Sequence record: NC_042136.1
Reading direction: 5' to 3' (one strand)
DNA: 64,000 bases
The notes under the pieces were generated by a model that worked only from the letters and a program-made list of their open reading frames with translations, was not told the origin of the DNA and did not search any database. Position 1 is the stretch's first letter, and the number at the start of each line of letters is the position of its first letter. Position numbers and translations under genes: made by a program. Of the stretch, positions 10,322 to 19,943 are shown piece after piece.

Positions 10322-12655
10322 ATGGGAGTACCACTAGGATTTAATTTAGAAGAACAGCAGGCCGTTCTAAAGTACTTAGAAATAGAACAAGACCGTTTAC
10401 CTACGAAAATGGTAGACGATCCATCTGACGACATTCCAGAGCGTTCTTGGGAGGAACTACTAGCAGCTCATTGGGAAGAAGATACGTTAAAGTCTATTAA
10501 GACCGTGCGCTTCATGAAAGACTTCCAACGTTATCGTGCAAGACCAGATTTAAAAACAACCAACACTTCCTTTATCCGCACCATGGATGTGTTTCGTAAG
10601 ATGAAGGTGAAGAACTGTGCCTTCCACTTACAGCTTAATAACCCGGCGTTGGTGGGTGTGGATCCTCGTGACCCTAACTTAACTGATGATCAACGTTTGA
10701 TGATCATGCAAGAAATGCGAGAGAACTTCTGGTATTTCTTACGTGAAGTGTGTCACTTGAACGGAGGTATTCGTTTTCGTGCTAACCGTGCTAACATCAG
10801 TTTCGCTTGGTGTTGGTTGAACCATTTGACCACCATGTTGATTCTTCCTCGTCAGCAAGGTAAAACAGTTACAGCACAATGTATCTTTTTCTGGCTGACT
10901 TACATCAGTGGTCGTGCATACGAATCTCACTTAATCACACTAAAAGACGATAACCGACAACAATTTGTTGACGCCATTAAAGGTATCCGGAACAACATAC
11001 CTTCGTGGATGACCAACGTCACCTATCGGGATAAGGATGCAGGTAACTCTTTAACGTATTCAGCTTTTGGTGATGAGGTTAAGAACAAGCTCACCATCTC
11101 GGTTCCTCAGATCGGACAAGAAGCTGCACGAAACGTAGGTCGTGGTTTGACCATCAAGTCTCGTTTCATAGATGAACCTGCGTACATAAAGTGGATGGAA
11201 GAGATCCTCAACGGTGCAGGTCCTTCTACATTGACGGCTCGTGAGAACGCTCGTCGTCTAAATGAACCTTACGCGACCGGTTTCATCACAACACCAGCCA
11301 GTGTCCTGACGGAGTCTGGTGCATACATGTACAACATCCTCATGGAGTCTACGGAATGGCGTGAGAACTATTTCGATACTTACGGTGAATCTCATCTCTA
11401 CGATGTGTTGTTGAAGAACGCTCCTAAAGCGACCACCAGTCCTTCTGTCGGGATGGTGTTCAACTACCTACAACTTGGTAAAGACCGCGATTGGGTTAAA
11501 CGTACCATTGATGAACTTAAGCTTTCACTTAGTGAGGCTAAGATTGACTTGTTGTTAATGTGGGATGACAACGGTAAAGGTAAACTGTTTGATGACGAAA
11601 CTCGTGATGCTCTGAATGATGCTAAACGTGGACGAGTCTGGAGCCAACAAATCAACGGAACGTCATTGTTTTTCGACTGGTTTATTTCTCCAGAAGAACA
11701 TGCCGAAATCATGAGTGGTGCTAAAGCAAGTACTTTCTACTTGATTGGTCTGGACACTTCTGGTGCGGTAGGTCGAGATGCTTGTACCATCGTAGTTCGT
11801 GATATTCGTAACGGCAAGGTAGTGGGTGTAGGGCGTTATCAGCGTGCTTTCTTAACTGAGGTAGGTACCGTGGTTCAAACGTTGCTTACAGAGCTTCCTG
11901 ATTCGTTATTGATACCAGAACGTAACTATGCTCACCACATGATCGATCAGTTGTTGCAATCGTTACCAGCAATGGGACTAGATCCGTTTAAGAAGATCTA
12001 TAACCGTATTTTCCAAGATCCGATGAAGTACCAAAACCATTATCGTGATATCAAAGCCCGTAGCTTCGGTAATCGAAATGATGCGTTCTATCTCAAATAC
12101 AAAGAGTTCTTTGGATTTAATACTGGTGCGAAGTCTCGTGAGACAATGTACGGTTTCCTAGAAGAAGCGGTAAGCTTAACCGGTAGCGGTACTCATTACA
12201 CCAAGTTGATCGATGAGTTAACTAACTTGAAATTGAAGAACGGTCGTATCGACCACGATACCGGGAACCACGATGATATCGTTATCAGTTGGTTGTTGAC
12301 GTACTGGTTTATTAAACTGGGAGAAAACAAAAACGAATACGGTATCCCGAATGGTATCTCTTTAAGTTCGGTTGATATGCTTCGTTTAGGGGATGCTAAG
12401 AAAGAGCTTCCTGATCCTGTTCAAGAAAAACGCACAGCGTTTTATAAACAGAAAATCGAAGAAGTTACTGAGATGTTGTTCAATACCGACGATCCTGTTA
12501 TCGCTGCTCGTTTAGAAGCCGCTTTAGATCGACTTCATGCACTGATCCCTAATGAGGTGCGTAAATCGATTACTATTGATGACGTTAAACGTAAAGCAGA
12601 AGAAGAACGTAATCGTCGTTTATTGGAAAACAAGCGTGTTCGTCCTCGTCGATAA
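10322..12655 (+). CDS. terL: Terminase large subunit (phiKZ-type)
   Basis: Walker A LILPRQQGKT, Walker B RFIDEP, RNase H-like nuclease acidic motifs IGLDTSG and HDDIVISW. Confidence 0.9.
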   Translation: MGVPLGFNLEEQQAVLKYLEIEQDRLPTKMVDDPSDDIPERSWEELLAAHWEEDTLKSIKTVRFMKDFQRYRARPDLKTTNTSFIRTMDVFRKMKVKNCAFHLQLNNPALVGVDPRDPNLTDDQRLMIMQEMRENFWYFLREVCHLNGGIRFRANRANISFAWCWLNHLTTMLILPRQQGKTVTAQCIFFWLTYISGRAYESHLITLKDDNRQQFVDAIKGIRNNIPSWMTNVTYRDKDAGNSLTYSAFGDEVKNKLTISVPQIGQEAARNVGRGLTIKSRFIDEPAYIKWMEEILNGAGPSTLTARENARRLNEPYATGFITTPASVLTESGAYMYNILMESTEWRENYFDTYGESHLYDVLLKNAPKATTSPSVGMVFNYLQLGKDRDWVKRTIDELKLSLSEAKIDLLLMWDDNGKGKLFDDETRDALNDAKRGRVWSQQINGTSLFFDWFISPEEHAEIMSGAKASTFYLIGLDTSGAVGRDACTIVVRDIRNGKVVGVGRYQRAFLTEVGTVVQTLLTELPDSLLIPERNYAHHMIDQLLQSLPAMGLDPFKKIYNRIFQDPMKYQNHYRDIKARSFGNRNDAFYLKYKEFFGFNTGAKSRETMYGFLEEAVSLTGSGTHYTKLIDELTNLKLKNGRIDHDTGNHDDIVISWLLTYWFIKLGENKNEYGIPNGISLSSVDMLRLGDAKKELPDPVQEKRTAFYKQKIEEVTEMLFNTDDPVIAARLEAALDRLHALIPNEVRKSITIDDVKRKAEEERNRRLLENKRVRPRR

Positions 12656-12673
12656 ATAATCAAAAAAGCAAAA

Positions 12674-12707
12674 ATAACTCCTACCTCCCAAGGGAGGTAG
12701 GAGTTAT
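12674..12707. terminator. Bidirectional terminator-like palindrome
   Basis: ATAACTCCTACCTCCC-AA-GGGAGGTAGGAGTTAT between convergent transcription units. Confidence 0.7.
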
Positions 12708-12985
12708 AAGTACGCCAAATCCTTCATCATGGTTAACGCCAACCAACCATAACAAAGTTTCTCAACAAAGAGGAGTTATCATGTGCTTTCACAAACCCAA
12801 ACTTATGTCAACACATAGTATTACCCTACGGTTAAAAATCACAACCTAGGTATTTAAGTTTTTCGTAGACTTCTTCGACATCTTTAGAAATAATAACGGC
12901 GGTATCACAGAAGTCATGCATCGCACGGAAATACCAATCGGAACAATCTTGGAAAATTTCTTCATAATTAATTCCTTAAAAGCAT

Positions 12986-13015
12986 AAAAAATAGGGGAGT
13001 ATATGACTACCCTAT
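12986..13015 (-). terminator. Intrinsic terminator of the 456-aa gene
   Basis: ATAGGG/CCCTAT stem with an A-run on the + strand (U-run on the - strand) just past the stop. Confidence 0.55.
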
Positions 13016-13025
13016 GTAGTTAGAA

Positions 13026-14396
13026 TTAATTACGATCTTTAGTTAGAACACGTAACACGATATACAACATTAACGCGGTACGTAACGAAGAATAAGTGAC
13101 ACGAGTACGGATCCCTGTTAGGTCTTGTACGATGTCATCTCCCATAGCACGCATGCGCAATACCGACTCGTTTTGGTTACGAGGGGAAGCGTAAGTACCA
13201 GCCATACGGTTAATGACTTCTCGTAAGTTGGTTTGCTTAATACGGTTGTTGGTTAAGTATTCGAATAAATGGGTTAATACTTCATCCACGAACAGTCGGT
13301 AAATATCCCCACGCTTGCTCTTAGATTGGTAATTCCCCGGGAACTCTTTAAGGACGCGTTCCAGTTTATCCTTAGGAGCGTTATCGATTTTCTTAACAAT
13401 CAAGTCCGCGTATTCTTCACGATAGAAACCAGTAGGGGCGCTTAAGATTTGCTTAGCGTAGTTTTTGTAGACGTTAACTTGCTTAGCTATCTCTTTAACC
13501 GTCATCCCTTCTTCCATGTTCACTTGAGCTTTATCAAGTTGCATAATGTTGGTACGGTTCTTCACATCATGAAATACTTTGTTGATGTCATTCACCAAAC
13601 CACGAAGACGGTCTTGGATATCACCTACCATGTAAATGATTTTCTTATCATCATTCATGTTCATGAACGTTTTGTAGTGAATGCCGGTAGTAGGACTCAG
13701 GATGTACTCAGCACGCGCTAGGAACAGCGCTCGCCAGCTTTCGTACTTTTTGATGTCATACTTCAGGCTAAGACGGTTATACGTCTCATAGACGATCTCA
13801 GGCTTCGCTAGGTACTTATAGTCGTTATGGATCATCGAGGTAATACATTTACAATGATACATAAAGAGTACAATGATTTGCGCTTCGCGTTTCATCCCAC
13901 CCGGAAGTTGCTTGGATTGTTGGATTTTCCATAGCAAATAAGGGATGGTCAAGTTAAAGACATCACCGGTTACCGCCCAGTCTTTATTCACCCACTTACA
14001 CTCATGAAGGTTTTCTTTCAACTCTTCTTCGTCCACGTCCCAAATGTCCGTAAACCATTCGTTGCGGTCAGCGGTCGTGAACACGATTTTCTGCAAACCT
14101 AGATAAGGGGAACCAAAGAACTCACCATAGTCCGTTATCCCTACTTTGCGAGTAGTGAAACTGAACATGTACTGTTTGAGTCGGGTTGCCCATTTGGTGT
14201 CGATAACTAGATCACGTCCAAATTCTTCACAGACGTCCAGTATGGCGTTGTCACGCTTAAACTGGAAGTTAGGTATTAGTGACTCCATACCGTCCACTAG
14301 CATTGGATCTAGGGACTCATACGGGGTATCATTAAATAGACTTACGGTGGGTTCGTAAAAAGACTCCCCTCCGAATACGTCGTAAAACTTATCCAT
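13026..14396 (-). CDS. Probable virion head protein of phiKZ-like phages, 456 aa
   Basis: Next to terL; acidic N-terminus with G-x-E|S sites matching the phiKZ prohead protease consensus [S/A/G]-x-E. Confidence 0.5.
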   Translation of the reverse strand: MDKFYDVFGGESFYEPTVSLFNDTPYESLDPMLVDGMESLIPNFQFKRDNAILDVCEEFGRDLVIDTKWATRLKQYMFSFTTRKVGITDYGEFFGSPYLGLQKIVFTTADRNEWFTDIWDVDEEELKENLHECKWVNKDWAVTGDVFNLTIPYLLWKIQQSKQLPGGMKREAQIIVLFMYHCKCITSMIHNDYKYLAKPEIVYETYNRLSLKYDIKKYESWRALFLARAEYILSPTTGIHYKTFMNMNDDKKIIYMVGDIQDRLRGLVNDINKVFHDVKNRTNIMQLDKAQVNMEEGMTVKEIAKQVNVYKNYAKQILSAPTGFYREEYADLIVKKIDNAPKDKLERVLKEFPGNYQSKSKRGDIYRLFVDEVLTHLFEYLTNNRIKQTNLREVINRMAGTYASPRNQNESVLRMRAMGDDIVQDLTGIRTRVTYSSLRTALMLYIVLRVLTKDRN

Positions 14397-15241
14397 TACA
14401 TTCTCCTTGGGACAGACTTACGAATCATTTCAGCTTTGCGGTTGGTATCGGAGTACGACATGTATTTCAACCACTCTTCTTCAAAGTACTCGTTGTAATC
14501 TTTCCAAGCATCTTGATAACCATAAACTTCATCACGGATTGAGTCTACGTTAACACCACCACGTACCACACCTTCGTTAATTTTGTTACGCAGGTTTTTG
14601 TAGATATGTGCTTTAGTCGCCAGTGAAACCAAATGTGCGAAATAAGGATAAGCTCTAGGGTTGATGTGAGATAGGTTATCGTCGGACTCCAATACTGCGC
14701 GTGCAGTCATAGAGAAAATGCCCGCCGGACAGTTATGAATAATGAAAGTGTTATTACCAACGACTTGGATATTGGTGAAAGTTTGCGGAATAGCACGGTT
14801 AGAACGCATGCCATTAATCATGCCGGATAACATGTCGTTCAGGGTGCCTTCGCCGCAGCCTACGTTTTGTGAAGCCATGGACAACACCCCACTGGAGGCA
14901 CCGATAGAACCTTGGTACACTTCCGCTACAGAAACGATCTTACGACCGCCCGTAATAAAGTCCGGAACTTGGACTTGCAACTTAGATTGACCTAAGTCAA
15001 TAATACTGGATCCCGTTAAGTCTAGGAGTTCGGTAATACCACCTTGGATATTACATCGCTTGAGGACAACGCCGTGTATAACACGTTCTCGTAAACCTTG
15101 TTCAACACTGTAGTTTAACGGGTCTTGCAACCAGTTGTCCACGACGTTTTGATTGGGGTTGGCGAAAGCGAGTTCTAACACGTAACTGGAGATGTCCCCA
15201 CCTTCTACCACTTCGTTGATCGCATAATCTACACAGTTCAT
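14396..15241 (-). CDS. Probable virion structural protein, 281 aa
   Basis: AAGGTG RBS, translationally coupled (TAATG overlap) to the 456-aa gene; location next to terL. Confidence 0.45.
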   Translation of the reverse strand: MNCVDYAINEVVEGGDISSYVLELAFANPNQNVVDNWLQDPLNYSVEQGLRERVIHGVVLKRCNIQGGITELLDLTGSSIIDLGQSKLQVQVPDFITGGRKIVSVAEVYQGSIGASSGVLSMASQNVGCGEGTLNDMLSGMINGMRSNRAIPQTFTNIQVVGNNTFIIHNCPAGIFSMTARAVLESDDNLSHINPRAYPYFAHLVSLATKAHIYKNLRNKINEGVVRGGVNVDSIRDEVYGYQDAWKDYNEYFEEEWLKYMSYSDTNRKAEMIRKSVPRRM

Positions 15242-15308
15242 AATACGTCACCTTAATAGGGTTGATGAGGGTTGGTGTTCAATAAAATTCCAAAATGCAA
15301 AATAAGGG

Positions 15309-15339
15309 GGTGGGGTGAACGCACCCCACCTATCCTTTT
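15309..15339 (+). terminator. Terminator-like hairpin
   Basis: GGTGGGGTG-AACG-CACCCCACC followed by TATCCTTTT. Confidence 0.5.
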
Positions 15340-15523
15340 AATTATGTGACCTGAATACTAACTCGAGAGCAAACCCTTATGTCTTTTCGACGACCGAAGA
15401 CAACCAACCACAGTGTCATTCGTAAAAAGTTATTTGCTATAGGATGGTAATAGGGATTTAATGTGGAACTTCTTTAACTGGGAGCTCCTATTATTGAACC
15501 TTATACCTTAACAGGAGAAAGAG

Positions 15524-16117
15524 ATGGCTAAGCCCATAGAACAAGTGTTACGTGCACTCCAATACGTCATTTTAAACATGTTCTATTATAACTTTGAAGC
15601 TTTAGTTATACTAGGACATCAAGAAATCACTTCGACCAATTCTGGTAGTGTATGTTTCTTCCATGCACCGAAAGCCCTAGGTGGGATTTCCATCCACATG
15701 GTTCGAGATAGTAAAGCTAAGTACTACATCGAATTCAAGAACTTGCCGTATGATCTTGGTCCTCGAGACGTCATCGTTAAACTGGGTACGGGTAAGCATC
15801 TGATTAACCACCGAGTGATGAACGACTTAGGGGTACGCTTAAACGCGTTCCTAGACACCAGTGAATACCTCGCTAGCATGTCGGTGTTAAAGAAACACGC
15901 TTTGCGTTTCTACAGCGAACAAGTAACGGTGGTTAAACCTAGTTTCTTTGCTCGCCTGTTCGGCACCAAGACCGTGAATTACTCGGGAGCGTTTGATCGA
16001 GTTAATCTACCGGGTTTGATCGGCAAGCATTACACCGATTGGAAAATGTTAGATGGCGTCAGTAATCACACCACACACGTTAGTCTGTACGGTGACATCT
16101 CAAGAGAAGTAAAATAA
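15524..16117 (+). CDS. Hypothetical protein, 197 aa
   Basis: AGGAG RBS; followed by a strong terminator. Confidence 0.75.
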   Translation: MAKPIEQVLRALQYVILNMFYYNFEALVILGHQEITSTNSGSVCFFHAPKALGGISIHMVRDSKAKYYIEFKNLPYDLGPRDVIVKLGTGKHLINHRVMNDLGVRLNAFLDTSEYLASMSVLKKHALRFYSEQVTVVKPSFFARLFGTKTVNYSGAFDRVNLPGLIGKHYTDWKMLDGVSNHTTHVSLYGDISREVK

Positions 16118-16118
16118 C

Positions 16119-16161
16119 ATAGTGGTCGGGAACTTCGGTTCCCGACCACTATTCTACTTTT
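16119..16161 (+). terminator. Intrinsic terminator with UUCG loop
   Basis: 15-bp stem ATAGTGGTCGGGAAC-TTCG-GTTCCCGACCACTAT followed by a T-rich tail. Confidence 0.8.
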
Positions 16162-16176
16162 ATGATTTTTTAGATC

Positions 16177-16192
16177 TATATTATCAAAGTGA
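16177..16192 (+). promoter_or_regulatory. Early (virion RNAP) promoter motif
   Basis: TATATTAT-caa-AGTGA; resembles the phiKZ early consensus TATATTAC and recurs in the window. Confidence 0.6.
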
Positions 16193-16227
16193 ATGCTTAT
16201 CACTTATTTAAATATTGGAGACTCACA

Positions 16228-16860
16228 ATGAATTTTAATGAAGCAAAACAATACGTCGGTGCTACTATGTTACATGACTTCACCACACAGCTCCCAGACG
16301 TGCTCAGAATTTACCGTAATCAAGTCTTTAAGGAAACCTTAGTGACTGTTGCTAAAGTGGACGTAGGACGCGTACCGTTCGTTATTTGCTTAGAACGACG
16401 GGAACAACTCATTCGTGTGATGGTGAAGAATGCCCAAGTCCTCAGCAACGAGCACCCAGACCTCCACAGCGAAGTTTGGGAGATCATCGATGTCGATAAC
16501 GTGACTGACGTCGAAGAAGTTATGAATACGTTATATCGTTGTTTTGACAAACTGTTCGACGAACAACTTACTTTAAACAAACTGCAAAGTTACAGTAAGT
16601 TCATGATTGATAATGTATCGATCCGTCAACATCCTATCAAGTCTAATTTCTTTACGGAGTTCTTAGGCAAACGTGTGATGGGTGAGTACGAACTCATGCC
16701 TAATCGAAAAGTCTCTTTCATCGTTAAAGAAGGATTCTTTTTCAGTAAACCTAGTGCGGTATTCCGTTTCGAAGAAGTGGATATTACAGGTCGTTTACGT
16801 GTAATAGAAACGACTCGAAGTGAAGTATACCGTTATGTCACCAACAACACGAGCGAATAG
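16228..16860 (+). CDS. Hypothetical early protein, 210 aa
   Basis: Start moved to the ATG at 16228 behind a GGAG RBS; the track start lies inside the promoter. Confidence 0.75.
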   Translation: MNFNEAKQYVGATMLHDFTTQLPDVLRIYRNQVFKETLVTVAKVDVGRVPFVICLERREQLIRVMVKNAQVLSNEHPDLHSEVWEIIDVDNVTDVEEVMNTLYRCFDKLFDEQLTLNKLQSYSKFMIDNVSIRQHPIKSNFFTEFLGKRVMGEYELMPNRKVSFIVKEGFFFSKPSAVFRFEEVDITGRLRVIETTRSEVYRYVTNNTSE

Positions 16861-16868
16861 GAGGGCTT

Positions 16869-17339
16869 ATGTTGGTAGAAGCGTTTTTAAATAGCCACTT
16901 ACTCCCGGTGGATGTATTGAACGAAAATGCTTATGAGATGTTCTCTAAGTGTCTTCCTGCTTACCGCAGTCAAATTCTTTATGACCACTTAGGAGAAGCA
17001 TTGATCGATGATCCTGACTACGAGTTATGGACTAAACACTATCAGTGGGATGAAGTGTTCTTTGAGATACCGGGGTTGTATGTGAGCTCGTTGGGTAACG
17101 TCTATGACAGTCTACGAGGTCAATTCATCGATACCGTGGTTAATCCCGATACGGGTAGTGTGGAGTGTCCTTATCACGTAGGAGACGTACAAGGTATACT
17201 GAAAGTAGATCGAGCAGTAGCTAGTATGTTCGTTCCTAGTTTCTTGCCTTATCCACTGACTAAGATGTATCCTGTTCACAAAGACTATGACTTAACGAAT
17301 GTTCGTCATAATAATTTGGAATGGAATCTTAAAGGTTAA
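16869..17339 (+). CDS. Degenerate NUMOD4/HNH endonuclease-like protein, 156 aa
   Basis: YVSSLGNV (NUMOD4), KVDRAVASMFVP (canonical VHRLVA) and HKD..TNVRHNNLEW, with the protein ending just after NLEW. Confidence 0.6.
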   Translation: MLVEAFLNSHLLPVDVLNENAYEMFSKCLPAYRSQILYDHLGEALIDDPDYELWTKHYQWDEVFFEIPGLYVSSLGNVYDSLRGQFIDTVVNPDTGSVECPYHVGDVQGILKVDRAVASMFVPSFLPYPLTKMYPVHKDYDLTNVRHNNLEWNLKG

Positions 17340-17341
17340 CG

Positions 17342-17377
17342 GTTTACTGGGCTCGTCATAGGGTCCAGTAAACTTTT
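17342..17377 (+). terminator. Intrinsic terminator
   Basis: GTTTACTGG...CCAGTAAAC stem followed by TTTT. Confidence 0.65.
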
Positions 17378-17489
17378 ACAAGTGGGTGACTATACTATAC
17401 TAGAAAAACCTTTTTACATTTCACTTTTTGAACGCCTTTTTCCACATGATTTTGCACTCTAAAAATGCAAGGTCTTAAGGGGGAGGGGG

Positions 17490-17545
17490 GTTCAAGGTTG
17501 GGGTGTTCAAGGTTGATCGGTGTTCAAGGTTAGTCGGTTCAAGTT
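17490..17545. repeat. Four spaced direct repeats GTTCAAGGTT (iteron-like)
   Basis: Copies at 17490, 17505, 17522 and (GTTCAAGTT) 17537; start-to-start spacing 15/17/15. Confidence 0.8.
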
Positions 17546-17903
17546 AGTTAAAAGATTCGGGCAACGCCCAAGATGATTAATGTTAATATATTAATATATC
17601 CAAGTTATAAAGTATGACATTCCTTAGAACGTAATGAGTTTACGAATGGAGTGGTTAAGGTAATGAGTCATACGTTAGTAGCATAGCGAACGATACTCGT
17701 TAGAGGAGAGTTCTAGCGGAGCAGTAGTAGGGTATACTGACGCATACTGTTTTTTATTTACATTTTAATTAAATATCGTAATAACTTAAGATTAGAGTTC
17801 TTATTAAGAGAATTCTAATGAGTAAGAGTTTATACTGCTTTTTAAATATTTTTAAAGAGTTATGGCAACAACACGTTAAATAAGCTTTATAGGAGCATAG
17901 ACC

Positions 17904-18935
17904 ATGTACATGAACAAACCAGAACTGAAAGTAGAAGTTAAACTAGCGTTACGCGTATTAGCTCGAGAGTGGGTACGACAAGCAGTAGATATGATCCAAT
18001 ACCGTAGCGTTGACGCTAATGATGTCATCGGTATCGTTAAACCTGCTGGTAAAACCATCGGTGTAGGTACACATAAGTCAGGTAAAGATCTTTACTTGGT
18101 ATTAAGTGGTCTCCCGTTTGACTTTAGCGTAATAGGAATGCGTTCAGATGAAATTGCTATTCCGTTTAAACTAGGGGATGATCTACGAGGTAATCCAGCA
18201 GTTAGGTTAGTGTTAGAGTCTAACGTGACACTGGGTCAGGAGATGTTATTACGTCTGATGCAAAACCCAGACTTTAACCAAGAACTCCAACTCGACGTGG
18301 AAACTGGTAACATTAGAGAAGGAGGAGACTTCCGCTTAGGGAAAGTAGGAACGCCTTACGTTCGTATTTCTTTTTGTGGTATTGGGGAGGACCTCTTCTT
18401 ATCTACTGAACGTACACCAGACTTTAACTCTTACGAGTTTGATAAAAACGTGTTAGCGGGTCGTAGAGCAATAGTTAAAGTCATCGGTAATAAACTAGTA
18501 GATCGACTACCAACGTTAGTAGAACAAGAACTACTACAATACCGAGTCGTGTTAGGGGATGAGCGTTATCCTACTATTAACCTAATTAACTTAGGAGTAC
18601 AACACTACGAAGGTATTACCGTTAACATAGCACGCGTAGGGATGGATTATGAACTTAACGTGTTCCATGACGGGAAATCATCTTCATACGTTATCCCTAA
18701 GCAAGTACACGAACGTAAGGCGATGCTGGGTGAACTGATGTGGTATCTTAAAGACATCTTAACCATGAACGAGATCGATCAAGAAGCCTTGATCGATTAC
18801 CTTAAAACTTACGTTAACCAAACTACCGACTACGGCATCATCGCTGGTAACGTCGATACTGAAATCGATATCTTCTTAGCAGATGGTATCACTAACCAAC
18901 CTACCAACATCACTTTGTTAGAACAGGAGCTTTAA
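17904..18935 (+). CDS. Hypothetical protein, 343 aa (paralog of the next ORF)
   Basis: AGGAG RBS; shares LALRxLAxxWVxQA and NVLAxRxA blocks with 18938..19885. Confidence 0.75.
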   Translation: MYMNKPELKVEVKLALRVLAREWVRQAVDMIQYRSVDANDVIGIVKPAGKTIGVGTHKSGKDLYLVLSGLPFDFSVIGMRSDEIAIPFKLGDDLRGNPAVRLVLESNVTLGQEMLLRLMQNPDFNQELQLDVETGNIREGGDFRLGKVGTPYVRISFCGIGEDLFLSTERTPDFNSYEFDKNVLAGRRAIVKVIGNKLVDRLPTLVEQELLQYRVVLGDERYPTINLINLGVQHYEGITVNIARVGMDYELNVFHDGKSSSYVIPKQVHERKAMLGELMWYLKDILTMNEIDQEALIDYLKTYVNQTTDYGIIAGNVDTEIDIFLADGITNQPTNITLLEQEL

Positions 18936-18937
18936 TC

Positions 18938-19885
18938 ATGAGACTACAAGAACGTTTAACGTACACTTTAGCTTTACGAGCGTTAGCACAAGCATGGGTG
19001 GAACAAGCCGGCTTACTCGCTCAGAAAACCGAACGACAATTAGACGAGAACATTTTCGTAGGGGTAACAGAAATCCCTTGGAATGGTGAAACGTTGATGG
19101 TTAAGATCGTAGATCGTCGAGCACAATCATACACGATCCACACCGAAGGATTTCGACACATCGGTTTACCGAACATTCGGATCGAACTCCCGTTAGGGGA
19201 TAAGGTGTCGAATAGTCCTAACGAGGACCTACAAACCATCCTAAACGAGGTAGACATCTTGAGTCGCAATACCCTTACTCATTTGGTATTAGAAACCACA
19301 TGGTCAATTAAGGGGACGTCTACGGTATCGAACTACGGGACGACTTACTTAGCGTATGAAGGTGACGGGTACCCTATGGAGTTAAAACACAAAGACGGTA
19401 GTTTGGTTTACGAGTTAGCTCCGAACGTATTAGCTCAGCGTAAGGCTTGTGCTAAATGGTTGTTCAACGAAAGCTTAAATGAACTCCCTATGATCATCGA
19501 GCGTTTGTTGGAAGAACAAGGGGGAAGCGAAGTAGACATACTTAACATCCATATCTTCGAAGAGAACATACATCGTATCATTTTGAAACGTTATGGTTCA
19601 GAGGTCCGTCTAGTTGTTATTTTGGATCATCCTTCCAATTACTTTGAAATGCCATTACTTCGTGTCTACGAATACCGTAAAGCGCAGATCAAAGAACTTA
19701 TCCGTCAACTTCGTAATCAGGAGATCGTCTCTCCGGGAGAAGTTGAACTTATCCACGAAATGGTTAAACGTATGGAATTTGATAAGAACGAGTTAGGAGT
19801 TTTCCATTACGTAGATGAGAAAGCACTCGTTTCCGTTAAAGAAAGTGCTATGCCATTCCATAACAGTCGTCGTTTCGAAATCTAA
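18938..19885 (+). CDS. Hypothetical protein, 315 aa (paralog of the previous ORF)
   Basis: AGGAG RBS; shared blocks with 17904..18935. Confidence 0.75.
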   Translation: MRLQERLTYTLALRALAQAWVEQAGLLAQKTERQLDENIFVGVTEIPWNGETLMVKIVDRRAQSYTIHTEGFRHIGLPNIRIELPLGDKVSNSPNEDLQTILNEVDILSRNTLTHLVLETTWSIKGTSTVSNYGTTYLAYEGDGYPMELKHKDGSLVYELAPNVLAQRKACAKWLFNESLNELPMIIERLLEEQGGSEVDILNIHIFEENIHRIILKRYGSEVRLVVILDHPSNYFEMPLLRVYEYRKAQIKELIRQLRNQEIVSPGEVELIHEMVKRMEFDKNELGVFHYVDEKALVSVKESAMPFHNSRRFEI

Positions 19886-19943
19886 CACCAATACACCTAG
19901 GAGGGGATAAAACCTCTCCTAGGACTTTACAGGAGCTTTAAAC

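Noticed and set aside
10322-12655. Intein or intron in the terminase
   Set aside because: No HN-[C/S/T] splice junction or intron elements; motifs are contiguous
15380-15510. Two tiny ORFs (23 and 16 aa) upstream of 15524
   Set aside because: Weak RBSs and no other support; could be chance
16869-17339. Active mobile homing endonuclease
   Set aside because: Key His substituted and C-terminal metal-binding helix missing
17490-17545. CRISPR mini-array
   Set aside because: Repeats are only 9-10 bp with 5-7 bp spacers, far from CRISPR dimensions, and there are no cas genes
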